Below are positions 13,421-27,164 of a stretch of 60,814 nt of DNA, one piece after another (position 1 is the first letter of the stretch; each line of letters begins with the position of its first letter). The notes under the pieces are model-generated. The model worked only from the letters and a program-made list of their open reading frames with translations, searched no databases and was not told where the DNA came from. The position numbers were made by a program, and so were the translations under genes. The DNA comes from Tubiluchus corallicola (lineage: Eukaryota > Animalia > Priapulida): positions 1 to 60,814 of the forward strand of contig JAQGDQ010001125.1 in the NCBI GenBank assembly GCA_030141605.1. Direction: 5' to 3'.

Positions 13421-14689
13421 GCTTAAAATATAAACATTTTTCCTATTATTGCGGGATTACTGCCGGTTCTGATTTGACACGGTTAATTAGGACTTTAGCT
13501 AATCAGCCAGAAAAACGGCTCATTCGTTAATTTTCTACACTTGATTAATGCCAGTGAAAGAACAGCTGTATCACAGGTGTGATCAGCCAGGTATTAATAA
13601 TTAATCACCACGGCATCGGCAGCCATTAACTGTGATGCCTATTTCGAGTGATTAATAAATAAAGATAGAAGTTAGCGCATTAATTAGTAAAGCTACTAAA
13701 CGAGCGGCTATAACAGATGGTGTTGAATGTAGGTAAAGTACATTATCAGACACACTGAATAGTAGAAAGAGATTCCGTGCATCAGTTTTGTAGCTTTCTT
13801 AGAGAGTATGGTTGCCATACTGAGAAAACTATTCACAGATTTTAAGACTTATTTTGTCAATCACAAAAGCGGGAAAAAAGAGCTCTGTTCTTTAATTACA
13901 AAACCAGACCCAATCTTAAACTGTGGGTCAAAACAATCTACCCAAAACAAATAAAATATTGAAAGGAAACACACTATTTTTTTCAAAAATGACTTACTTG
14001 AAAGAATTATTACTACAAAAACACAATTTCACGTTCGCGCCACTAGTTCTTCGCTGTTACATGCATTTTGCCATTAGGTAGTTAGATGGGCACTAGCGCC
14101 TGCATTTCAGAAATGCATTGCACAAGAAACAGGTGCTGTACCTCTCAGATCAGGTGTGTTACTTTGTGATGAACTACGCATGTTTGACAGCTCATGCGTG
14201 AGCACAGTGGCAAATTTGAAATTCGCATTTTTATCTTAAACATGCCTAGTTTTAGTACAACACACTGAATATCTTACAGTAGCATTGTACTTTAATTTCT
14301 GCTTTCGCAAACACATGCAACATGCTCGTGGAATATTTTTGCAGTTGAAAATTATGTTAGTTTGTGATGTCATCAATAGTTGGGCTCGCCGTTAATTAAT
14401 TAAGTTTTTAATCAATTATTTTAACGATCAGAAACACTTTTGCAATATTAATCGTGTTAAAATATCGGACTTGAAAAAGGGGTCGTATAAGGTACATACA
14501 CATACGTCTTCCTTTAAGCAGACATACGTGCACGTTTGGTTTGTATCTGTGAAAATTGTACACGAAAATTTGCAATAGCTAGGCTAAGAACAACAAAGAG
14601 GCATAAAGTAAAGAATTGTTATGATTTTTACAAGTTTGCGAAAGAAATTCTCGGTTCAAATAATAAGTTACAAACAGAACCTAGACACT

Positions 14690-15243
14690 GGGGGGGGGGC
14701 AAGCCAGCCCAACTCAGTGCCGGTCCCAAACCCGGATAAATAGGGAGGGTTAGGGGCAGGAAGGGCATCCACCTGTAAAAACTGCGCCAAAACCTTCTAT
14801 GAATGAGTCGGTGAGACTTAAAGTTAAAGTCCACAAAAAAGTGGTCAGACCCGCTCTAATCTATGGGCTGGAAGCAGCTTCTCTAAAGAAGACAGAGGAG
14901 AAGAAAATGGGTGTGGTGGAGATGAGGATGTTGAGATGGATGGTGGGAATAACAAGAAGAGATAAAATTAGAAATAATAATATCAGAGGAACAGTAAAAG
15001 TAGTGGAAGCCTCCTGAAAAGAAGAGTCGGAGAAGATCATGTGGGAAGGGAGGTCATGGAAATGGAAGTGCTGGGAAATAGAACAAGAGGATGCCACAAG
15101 CGGAGATGGATTGAATGTATTAATGGAGACCTTAGAGAGAAGAACATAAATGAAGAGATGGTCAACAACAGGAATGAGTGGAGAAGACTCATTCACAACG
15201 GCGACCCCGCATAGGGAAAAGCTGGGAAGAAGAAGAAGAAGAA
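14690..15243 (+). mobile_element. Internally deleted RTE-clade non-LTR retrotransposon
   Basis: RTE-like 5' motif gccggtcccaaacccggataaa...aggaagggcatcc joined to an ORF2 C-terminus (VRPALIYGLE...EMRMLRWMVGITRRDKIRN), then 3' ggcgacccc and a (GAA)n tail. Confidence 0.8.
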
Positions 15244-15688
15244 ACAGCACACCTTTAATAGTGGAAATGAAATAATTAAACGCGCTGCTTTTCAACAACA
15301 GTACAGAAACGTGGAAAAAATCTTTTTCCTACATTGAGAAAGTAATCGGCGCTTGGAACAAATTTCTTCAAACACTTTTTAGGAACGAATTATGAACGAA
15401 AACAGAGGTATGACTGTACTTAGAACTAATGATGCTTGGCTTACACGGGGACAGTAATTTAGAATCATCTACCTGTTCATATACGTCACCGTGAAAGTGC
15501 CAGATTGATTAAAAGTCAAGTGAAAAAACAGGTAATTACTACGAGATGTACTGTTCGTGAAAATTAAATAAGCCAAAATGACCTTAGTGCCTTAATAAGC
15601 CTGTAACTTTTATAGGCAAGAAAATGTATGTTTTGGATCTTAAACTAAAATGAGATTGAGTCTGATCAATCGACCCGTTTTCCTTTCA

Positions 15689-16141
15689 CCCTTTCATGCC
15701 CGTTGTATCCCGTGGGATACGAGAATATTTTCTACCTCTGAAATTAATAAAATTTTAAAACTGACAGTTATTTGATCTGTTAATAGTTATTTTGATTTAA
15801 GCCAATAACAATAGACTAAAAATGGTGATAAAATGGCAAACTAGAAAATCTACATAGCATAAAAACTGCGCAAGGTACAGTACTTTAGAGACAACTTTGT
15901 ACAGATCAGCATAGCATGCATACTAAATGTCTTAAATACTTTAAAATATTATCAGCAGTTGCAAAATGAAGCACATTTTATGCTTCCATTGAATCTGAAT
16001 GTATCCCGTGGGATACAGGCTATGTTTAGCACGTGGCACAAGTAGAAAAAATAATTATGTGTAAACAAGATGGACATACTGAACAAAAGTACCAAGCCAA
16101 AAAAATGTTTCTTGTTAAAAAATAATTTGGGACTGAAAGGG
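15689..16141. mobile_element. piggyBac-type MITE, copy 2 (inverted relative to copy 1)
   Basis: TTCA|CCCTTTCA...TGAAAGGG|TTAA; reverse complement of 5066-5489. Confidence 0.88.
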
Positions 16142-16839
16142 TTAAGTTGGATGGAAAATGTATGTAATGTGTCATCTCAATACACTTAAATGTGTGTAGT
16201 GTGTATGAAAGTACCTAAAATATGTAAATATGTTATCAATCCATGATTTAACATGACAGCATAACAACTTCAAACTGCGGCAGTTTGATGTGCAAATTCA
16301 GGAGCAAAAATATACCTGGAAAATGTAGGAAAATGGGGAAAATGTTCCCTATAAAATTAAGTACAAAAACGAGCTTAGTAATTAATGCATGTTTTGCACG
16401 AAAGTCTATTTAGCTGACATCAGCTTGGCACTAAGCTTCACGTCAATACAAGGAAAATCTAGAAAGCAGCTTAGCGTCAGAGTATTCTGACTGCTCGCAT
16501 GCACAGCGTGCTGCATTGATTCTAGCAAGTGTTTTAAAAACCACATCAATACGGGGTAGTCTAAGCGCAGCCGGTCAATCGGTGCATTAGCAATTGTAAA
16601 CAATGAATCGTGCAACACAGCAATAACTGCACATGGAAAAAGGCTACTTATTAAAGCGAGTTGGGAAACGGGAGGGGGTCCTTTTTTTTCAGAAGCTGAC
16701 TTCTATCAATCAGAAAATATCACAGCATGAAGAGAATGTATAGCACTTCCACAACTGCACTTAGTCTTTCCATCGGGTCAGACTATGCATTAAAATATAA
16801 AAACAGCTGAATAATATAACCCGCATTCAATGTAGAGGC

Positions 16840-17110
16840 GTGCATAAGAATACTCAAGCACTACCAATTACCTAAAGATTGCAAACTGGAGTTGGATGCA
16901 TGCCATGTTAGATTTCTCTCTGACACCTTCAGGTCTACATTGCTGCATTTAATGTAGAGGCATGTATGCATACAGCCCAGTGCGCCTAAACTAATAGGAA
17001 CGTAGTGCATAAGAATACTGAAGCACTACTAATTACCTAAAGATTGCAAACTGGAGTTGGATGCATGCCATGTTAGACTTCTCTCTGATACTTTCAGGTC
17101 TACATTGCTG
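16840..17110. repeat. Local direct duplication of about 105 bp
   Basis: gtgcataagaatact...caggtctacattgctg at about 16840-16945 and 17005-17110. Confidence 0.85.
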
Positions 17111-18301
17111 GCAATGTGTCAGTCAATTTTTGTGTAAAGGTATTTATGAAATTCTTCTCTAGAATGACGGAAAAATACAGCAATATGTGATGTACAGAGT
17201 GGCGATTGCACATGTGCAGTAGGTACGCTTTTCTAATGAAAGAGCATTTTCTAATTCTTACCAGTTGTATGAATGTCGTTAGCTTCATACGTTTGAAAAT
17301 TTCATCTTTCTTGAATCTGTAGTCTGAAACAATATAAAAAGAACGTGTTACAATTAGTAGCAAAGGTGATGCACTTGGAGTGATTTTAAAGCTGATGATA
17401 CATCAAAGGGTCCAGCATCTGGTCTGGCTTGCAGCATTCAGGATCTGTCTAATGGCTTCTGGCATCCAGCGTTCAGCACTCATTGGGTAATGAGTTAAAA
17501 GACAAAATACTAAGACAAGATTTATTTCCCTTAGCTCATTTAACAAACAACATTAACACTAACGGCTATTTAGAGACTTACAATTACAACAATTGGTAAG
17601 GACGCAACATGTAAACAATGAATAACACGTAGGGTAAATGTCCTGTGAGGGCAGCCACAAGTTTTGAACTCAAGATTGAGTGGCTGCAGTCCGAAATCTA
17701 AACCTTTTCCGTGTACAAGAACATTTAATCCAATAGAGAAGGGGTGCAGGTAAGAAAAGATGCTGATTTACCAGAAAGTTTTGGGTCAATTGGAATGGTA
17801 ACATTCCAGTATGCAGGACTAACAAGTTTTGGTGTAGAAAGCGACCACCTTTTCTGTGTAGAAGAACACTAAATCCTTGGAATAAAGGAAGGAGTTCAAC
17901 AGAAGAAAGTATTCCATGCTTGTACAATGGCATCGATGCTAATTCTGAATGCTATTAATCAGTAATGGCTGCATTCCTCATAACTGACCCCGGGTCACAC
18001 TCAGAGAACAATAATAAGACTATAATACGTTTCAACAAATCTAATTTAGGAATGTTTTGGTTATGTTTCCCAGTTAAATTATGACAATATGAAAAAAAAG
18101 ATTTCAATTAGTTTGTTAACTATTTTGGAAAATTTGAGCAACTAAAAAACAAGCAATTTGAGAATTTTTAACAACTACAATATTACTATATATATATATA
18201 TCTCCCCGAAGTCCAGTACCAATTACAAGTTTTAGCAGTTTGAATATTTATCTCTCTTTACCATCAAAGAGAGAAGTTATAAATCATGCAATGAGCTACA
18301 T

Positions 18302-18782
18302 CAGGGGTGTGCAAATTATCTGACTAGCCGGGCCACATTAAACTTTCCCGCAATTCCTACGGGCCACAAGAAGTTTGATCAAGGAGCCAAGTACAGAAAG
18401 GCCTAATAACGATTTTTTTGCATCCGATCTGCGTACATCATTACTACTACACTCAAGAAACTATTTTAGAAGTTATTAAAATTTATATTACAAACATATA
18501 TTTCTACTTTCAGGACAGATAGTGGTAATTTCATTACAATGCATATTAGTAATGTGTATCACACAGTCTGTGTAGTACAGTGACGTTAAGCTACAACCGT
18601 CTTGTAAGGGTTAATGCCATCCGATCTAGTAGAAAAAACTACCCGCACTATCTTTGGGATCGTGGCTCGGACTTCAGCTGGATACACTCAATTAATCGCC
18701 CGGGCCGCACTTTCATTAGGTTGACAAATCTCTTTGCGGGCCGCACAAACTCTCTCGGCGGGCCGCAATTTGCACACCCCTG
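18302..18782 (+). mobile_element. hAT MITE, copy C
   Basis: Perfect TIR CAGGGGTGTGCAAA; TSD AGCTACAT. Confidence 0.95.
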
Positions 18783-18994
18783 AGCTACATGGTTGTACTA
18801 ACTCTATGCCAATTATTTAAAACTTACATCCAGTGCAGTTATTGAGTATACAGTCACTTTGATGCTATCAAAAAGCACTGACAACATTTTCGAGGTATAA
18901 AATACTAACTAACTTACATATTTACACAGAAAACCACAGTATGTCACAGGCCTATATTCAGCCGACAGATTTCCATCGCTAGCACAGTGGTCCA

Positions 18995-19421
18995 CAGGGT
19001 TCCAACAAAATTTTAAAATAAATTTCCCCGACTTTTCCCTGACCAAATATTGATTTTCCATAATCAAGATAAGCAGAAACTGCATTACCAGTATACACAT
19101 ATTCAAACATTTTTGTGTACGGACATTCATACATATACTGATATATAATGTGTCGACCAATCTTTATTTTTGGAACACAAATTGAAACTGGGAGCCTGCC
19201 ATAACAAAATTTTATTTGAACATGTATCGCTGAAAAATATGTTTGGAAAAATAATGGCTCGCGGAGATTATTTTTGCAACCCTTTCCAATTTCCCTGACT
19301 TTTCGTCCCATTTTCATTATTTTCCCTGACTTCTTACCAAATTATCCTTTTCCCTGACCTTTCCACGAGTGTCCAGGATAGCCTGTATTTTCAAGGATTT
19401 TCCCTGGCAGTGGGAACCCTG
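18995..19421. mobile_element. Second hAT-like MITE family (CAGGGTTCC ends)
   Basis: CAGGGTTCCAAC...GTGGGAACCCTG with repeated TTTCCCTGAC subterminal motifs; partial inverted copy at about 38365-38528; TSD degenerate. Confidence 0.75.
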
Positions 19422-19454
19422 AGTGATCAGAAAGCTTCTTGTTATAACCTAGAG

Positions 19455-19940
19455 CAGGGGTGTGCAAAGTGCGGCCTGCGGGCCACTTGCGGCCCACCGA
19501 GAGATTTTGTGCGGTCCGCGAAGAGATTTGTCAACCTAATGAAAGTGCGGCCCGGGCGATTAATTGAGTGTATCCAGCTGAAGTCCATGCCACGATCCCA
19601 AAGATAGTGCGGGTAGTTTTTTCTACTAGATCAGAAGCCATTAACCCTTACAAGACGGTTGTAGCTTAATGTCACTGTACTACTCAGACTGTGTGATACA
19701 CATTACTAATATGCATTGTAATGAAATTACCAGTATCTGTCCTGAAACTAGAAATATATGGTTTGTAATATAAATTTTAATAACTTCTAAAATAGTTTCT
19801 TGAGTGTACGCAGGTCGGATGCAAAAAAATCGTTATTAGGCCTTTCTGTACTTGGCTCCTTGATCAAACTGCCTGTGGCCCGCAGGAATTGCGGGAAAGT
19901 TTAATGTGGCCCGGCCAGTCAGATAATTTGCACACCCCTG
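19455..19940 (-). mobile_element. hAT MITE, copy D
   Basis: Perfect TIRs; TSD ACCTAGAG. Confidence 0.95.
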
Positions 19941-20350
19941 ACCTAGAGATTCGCATACAAAACAAGGTTGTTTCACAAGCAGACAATCTGCGTTTTTATA
20001 TATGGTGTACTTGTAATTGAAAAATGAAAATGTAAAAAGAAATTAGGCTACTTACGTGTGCGTAAGTACGTCACCGTTTCCACGTATTTCCTCATGCTAG
20101 CACCTGTTCAAAGAAAAAAGTCTCGTTACAAAATTCAAGAGCTTTTTTCTCGTCATAAACATTCACATTCATGTTCATGTGGGTCAAACAAACTTTGGGA
20201 CAAATACGGTAACTGATAGTTTGTTGTGCTTCTACACGGTGAATTCACACCATGTGCACTTCCCACAAGTAAATGTACACTGTCATAACTTATTGAATTC
20301 ACAAGTCTTTATAAATAGGATCTTTCAACAAACAGCACATAATGTCAAGC

Positions 20351-20566
20351 ATAATAATGATGATGATGATGATGATGACGATGATGATGATGATGATGAT
20401 GATAATAATAATAAAATTGATAATGATAATATTGATAATAATAATAATAATAATAATAATATTGATAATGACAATGATAATAATAATAATAATAATAATA
20501 ATAATATTGATAATGATAATAATAATAATAATAATAATGACATTGATAATGATAATAAAAATAATG

Positions 20567-20631
<65 letters not shown>

Positions 20632-20635
20632 ATTG

Positions 20636-20720
<85 letters not shown>

Positions 20721-20749
20721 CATTGATAATGATAATAAAAATAATGATA

Positions 20750-20781
<32 letters not shown>

Positions 20782-20871
20782 GATGATAATAACAATAATG
20801 ACATTGATAATGATAATGATAAGGACAATAATAATGATGATGATGATGATGATGATGATGATAATAATAAT
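20351..20871. repeat. Compound (AAT)n/(GAT)n microsatellite
   Basis: Direct reading; explains the poly-N/D, poly-I and poly-L ORFs. Confidence 0.98.
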
Positions 20872-21319
20872 TTATTTTTTGCCTTCAGAATAACAATCAT
20901 AGATAGTATATAATAATGAGTTACAAAGTTTAGAGAAGGGCAGGATGGCAAAAGACCAAAAGGTCATCTAGTCTGCCATCCCTAAATAGTGAGTCTACTA
21001 AGTTCAGCATGGTGAGCAAATATTATTAGAACAAAATAAATAGAATAGAATAGGAAAACCGATCAAAATTAAATTAAAAGCAAACAATTCTGGTAAATTA
21101 TGGTATATAAACAAGCAGTGGGTTGCACTGAATATATGATGCTGACAACCTTTTCCTAGGGTCATGCCAACAAACTTAAGTATTTCTTTATAATCACACC
21201 TGTAAATCAAGCATCCATAGAGCCATGCTAACTAGCTAAGTAAGCTAAGTATTTCCTAGGTGATCATCATTCAAAAAAGCAATGTTAATCAGTCAAACAA
21301 TCCTTATAATCAAGTTCAC

Positions 21320-22040
21320 AAGCTAGGCATTCAAAAAAATCATGCTAACAAGCTCTAGGCATTCCACAAAATCATGCTAACAAGCTAGGCATTCCACAAA
21401 ATCATGCTTAACAAGCCAGGCATTCCACAAAATGCATGCTAACAAGCTAAGCATTCTACAAAATCATGCTAACAAGCCAGGCACTCCACAAAATCATGCT
21501 AACAAGCCAGGCATTCCACAAAATCATGCTAACAAGCTCTAGGCATTCCACAAAATCATGCTAACAAGCTCTAGGCATTCCACAAAATCATGCTAACAAG
21601 CTAGGCATTCCACAAAATCATGCTTAACAAGCCAGGCATTCCACAAAATGCATGCCAACAAGCTAAGCATTCTACAAAATCATGCTAACAAGCCCTAGGC
21701 ATTCCACAAAATCATGCTAACAAGCCAGGCATTCCACAAAATCATGCTAACAAGCTCTAGGCATTCCACAAAATCATGCTAACAAGCTCTAGGCATTCCA
21801 CAAAATCATGCTAACAAGCCAGGCATTCCACAAAATCATGCTAACAAGCTCTAGGCATTCCACAAAATCATGCTAACAAGCTCTAGGCATTCCACAAAAT
21901 CATACTAACAAGCTAAGCATTCCACAAAATCATGCTAACAAGCTAGGCATTCCACAAAATCATGCTAACAAGCTCTAGGCATTCCACAAAATCATGCTAA
22001 CAAGCTAGGCATTGAACAAAATCATGCTAACAAGCAAAGC
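21320..22040. repeat. 30/32-bp minisatellite, about 23 copies, with degenerate flanks
   Basis: Unit caagct(ct)aggcattccacaaaatcatgctaa. Confidence 0.95.
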
Positions 22041-25000
22041 AATTTATAGAGTTATGACATAAGCTAAATTTCCTGAAAGTCACTAAAAATTAGATTCAAG
22101 AATTATCCAGTCATTCCAAATAGCCAACTATTTAATAGAGCCACAATAACAAACTAAGCATTTCCTAAAGTCATGCTACAACCGTACAGAGTTCATGCTA
22201 TAAAACTTGGCATTCTACACAATTACGACAACAAGCCGGACAGAACTAAATTCATGTCAGGAGACCAGCAAACAAGCTAATAATTCTCCAAGCAGTCCAT
22301 AGAGCTATCCGTGGTTACACTAACAAGCAAAGCATTTAAAACAGTCATGTTAGCAAGCAAGAGTACCTCAGAATCATGAAAATGTCGAACATTCCTAAAT
22401 AATTGCTAAAAGACAAGGCATTCTATACAGTCATGTTGACAAGCAAAGTGTTAATTAAAGGAATGTTAAGAAGCAAAGTTAACAAATCGTATCCTAAAGT
22501 CATGCTAACAAATGAAGCACTGCCTAGAAGTGTGCCAAAAAGCCAAGACGTCCTTAAAGACATCTCAGCAAGCCAAACAATATCTAGAGTTACGTTAACA
22601 ACATATGTATGCTAATGACGCATATTTCACCCAAAATTCCGTACTGTGAGCCAAGCATTTTTTAGGATTGCGATGATAAATAAAGCATTTGCAACAGTTA
22701 TGCTAACAAATAAGCATTTAGAAGAATCATGCTAAAAAGCTACGTAGCTCCAGCACTCATGAGAGAAGTGTTTCTTAAAATCATGTTAACAGACAACATC
22801 ATACGGCAGATTAACGGCAACAAGGTAAGCACCCCCTACAGTTGGTAATTTGCACCACGCTACACCTGCATTAGCCATATGACTTGTTTTTAATTACAAA
22901 TGGATCAGGCCAGGACAATTCAATTAGTTTAGATCAAACCCCAAAGTATTTTTCCTTGGTCCATTCTACCCTCGACTGGTCTAGCCTCGGTTTAGCTCAC
23001 TTTCGTCTACTCTTATAAAAGTCTTGTATCAAAAAGCGGTTCTTGTCCAATCAGACCAATGTAATGTAAACCAACCAACCCAACCACAAGCAGTTCCAAT
23101 TCCTACTTGTTTTGTGCATGTAGTCTTTTTGGTCGCTGCTTAAAAATGGTTTCAAATGACTTGCAGACGCGCGACGTAATTTAATCCCTTTAAAAACGAC
23201 AAGCCATTATTAGCCGTAAAACGTTTTGGTTTCATGACCCAAGGCTGTTGGCATCCGATAAACAAAAATAATTATGTAGACACTAGCTGGCATCAACTCA
23301 AGGATTAGTATGAAAGCTCATCACTGCCTGACCTCTTACGTATTACGTATGACCTCTATGTTTATGTAAACCGAAATACGGCTGTACATATAGGCCTACG
23401 GTCTCAAGCTAAAGTGAAAAATGTACAGTTGGACAGTCGTTGTTTCTAGATACTCTGAATGGCTTGAAAGGCAGATAGTGTCAGATATCGCGCGGTATAC
23501 CATGGCCTTGGAAAAACTAAATGGAAAAACATACGTGACCTTTTGATGTCTTGGTAACAGCTGGTTTTTTCCGCAGCCTTTTTTCGTTTTTGTTGGCGTC
23601 TGTTAGACGTGTTTCCTTTTTGCTTCCCACTGAAAGCCTAAAATCAGTACTACCAGACTTGCTACCATACATTTTAATGCGAGCAAGCTTACAAGGAATG
23701 GCACAATAATAACATGGTTCCACCTTTTGAACGTTTTAAATGTTTTTTATGTAATATCACTTCAATGCCCTTCACTGACACGTCCTGTAATAATTTTTAC
23801 TATCGACAACGTAATTTATCATTAATCGGGATCTTAATCTTTATCACGAAGTCACGCGCGATGCGCTAAGCAGATGAAACGAACACAAAGCTATTTTTTA
23901 CCACGCAGCAAAAGCTGATTTTGCAATGATTGTTGTGTTTTTGTGAAATACACTCTGTCGTCTGTCAGTTTTTTCACAGAAGAAAATTTTAAAGTCGCAC
24001 ATCACAATTACTGAACGCTTAACAGTGCTACGTTTTCAAACGACTGCATCAGTTATGAATTAAGCAGCTAAAGTGAAAAGCGTTAATCTTTATTTCTGCG
24101 AATGCGTACTGCATTACTAGCTATTGATTCTCTAGCTCTTACGAACTTAGTTCACAAAACGGCAAAGTCGCACTCAATAACTTATATTATAGTTATAATT
24201 GACGATTTTATACGACTCTCTTGACATAAGTTTCAGCTTAGCAGTTATCAATATCATAACCTTATGTTAATTATAACATGTGGCACTCCGTTTGCATGTA
24301 AGTGAGCTTTTCTAGATTATGCTTTTTTATAGAATTAGAATGTAGTTTATTTGATTATTCACAATGCTTACCGCATGGAGTTATGGCTAGCAACAAATGC
24401 CTATTATAACTAATTACATGTCACAAAAATAAAAATTATCAAAAATCTTGAGGACTGCTCTTGCATTTACAATTACTTTGGTCTTTACGCTTGGTTAAAA
24501 GTATAACCGGGCAAAATTAGTTATGTTCTGCAACAGACGCGAAATATCAATAGTGAAGAGAGTAACTGCTTACAGATACTAATAATGAGATATCTACCTA
24601 CACTTACTACCTACAGATGCTAAAGCTTACAAATAATGAAAAATATGAGTAAGTTTGACAAACTGCAAATGTCGATGAACAAAAATGGAGTGATTATGTC
24701 AGCAGAGTAGTTGAGAGCAAATAGTGATAACTGCGTTTGAAATAGTAAGCCTGAATTCATAATCATTCTTTCTTTACAATGCTATAGTACTTTATTTAAT
24801 TTTTTGACAGTTCTTTCTTATTCGGCCAAGCATGACACTGATCTCACGTTTCAGCCATCCATGCAAACATTACCATTATCAAGAACAAACATTAAAATCA
24901 ACAAATTTTTTAGCTTCTATGCTTGTCAAGTAAAAGAACGGAAATTTTCTAGTGATGTGACAAAAGAACATTTTGATGAACTTCTGATTAATCACTATTA

Positions 25001-27164
25001 CTGAATTTAATAGATTTATAAACTATGCATATAAATAAGGCTAGACTGGGTAAAGAGCCAGAAAGAAAATTTTCTTCATGTAACTTGGGTGACTAAAGGC
25101 ACAATTCTTAAATTGTTGAGTAACAGATTCATTAAATGCACTCAAGCAACACCCTGGGTTGTAAACAACTGAGTGGGCCTAGCAACTATGCACTAATTGT
25201 AGTTTCATGTTTTTGTGATGGGATTAATGTTCCAAATTGCGGATCAATATACTGAACAAAAAGCGAGCAATTATCACAGTTGACTTGTTGTTGCTTAGCA
25301 ACACGAAAATTTTTTCACAACAATCACGTATAATGTATTATAGCAGGGCCTATAATTAATTTCCCACATTAAATGAATTGATTTAAGCAAACATAAATAT
25401 GCAAAATTTCTCTTTTTTTATTCTTGGAAGGTAGAAATACTATTTTGTAGGCATCACTTGTGATGACCATTCACAACATGGAAAGTGCATGTATTATTGA
25501 TCATCAGTGGATGGGTAGCATTGGTGGTGAATATAGCCGGCAACGGTTTGGTAACATGCTGGTCAGTTGCATTGTAGGTTGATGGATGGAAGTTGTGGTC
25601 ATGAGATGTGGCTTTATAGATGTGATCGTGACTTTTTTTACATTAAGTATGATAACCAACCTTGTCACGGATGTCATCCAAAATTATTTAAAATACTAGC
25701 AGCTCAGTGCATATACAGTACTCAGAAATGGACATAATGTCCAAAATATTTTTAGTGGCAGTGGCCAAGATGGAAGAAAATTACAAATAAGTATTTTTAC
25801 CACATGCCGTTCAAAAATGCAGCATCTGGAAAATGATTTCATAATTATGTTAATTAGTCCCGGCAACTGATGTTAAACTTGTACAGAATCCCTGCTTATA
25901 GAGTACTGAATTGTATTAATAGGAGAAAGATACATAAAAATTCTGCTCTTGTATCCTACAGAAACTGATATATATATATATATTAGTAGGCCTTTCTTTA
26001 CTAAATATCATCGTCAGGTAGTCACTCTCTTCACATTCCGTATATAGTTAAAAACCAGCCTTATTTTCAAATATGGCAATGTTACCTATGCTCTATTCGT
26101 TATGGTCAGCTGGGTCATCACAGAAAAGGCTTTCTAGTAATTAATCACTTAACGTGGATCTGTCACAATGCTAATTAGCCTAGTCAACATCCAAAAGCTA
26201 TTAGAGAAAAAGTTGTGAGATTGCTATTGCTTGCCCAACTGGAAGAATGCCAAAGATTAGGTTTGTACTGACAGAAAAAACCCAATTCATGGGGCCAATT
26301 GTCATTTATTACGTACAGTACTTTTAGGTTATTATCAAATATCTCATTAGGCATTAGCACTTTTTCATATATTAAATTTGATTTATGTGTACTAACTGGA
26401 GGCTATGATTTTAGTGAGGAGTTTTAGCCAATGAATCTTACTGCTTTGACATATTTGTTTTATTTAGAGCTCTAGAGCTCCCATTTCTTTACTGTTGGAC
26501 CTTTAACAGGTGGTGATGTGAAGTGGACAGACCAAGGATGACAGAACCAGATAAAAGACGATACCCTAGAACCATATTTTGGTCATTATCATCTGAATAT
26601 TTGAAAGTGGATAGATAACAGCAACACAATGTCAATTTTGGTACGACACAGATATATTTCAATATTATAGTCACAGAATCTTTTGATGGCCTATCTGTTT
26701 ATTTACGGAGTCATATCAGCACAATACAATGTTTCATAGTAGTAAAATTCTGATACAAATTCCCCCTAAAAGATAAACAAACATAGCAGGTTGCCTAGCA
26801 GTTTAAACTGTCCAGCAGATAGTGGATAATGTACATTCTAAGGTTGACCATAAAAACTTTTCTACTGCCTTTGATGGCCACAGGATATCCTGTTAGCCCA
26901 AATCATGTGTCTACTACAGACAAATAATTAAATATGACATGGCGTATATGGTTAATGTTTCCAATAGAGCATGGTAAGCCTTTAAAGAGGTATGGTGGAG
27001 TTGCTAATTGAAAAGCCAGAAATTAAGCCCTAAATTACATTAAGGTTAAAGGTGCCAAATAATGCTACATCTTATTCCAAATGCATATGCTGCTAGTAAG
27101 TTTCCACAGAATCATAACTGTAATTTTATGTTAAATTTCAGATTGTTTAGATAAAACAGAAACA

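Noticed and set aside
20179-20951. Poly-Asn/Asp, poly-Ile and poly-Leu proteins
   Set aside because: Translations of an AAT/GAT microsatellite.
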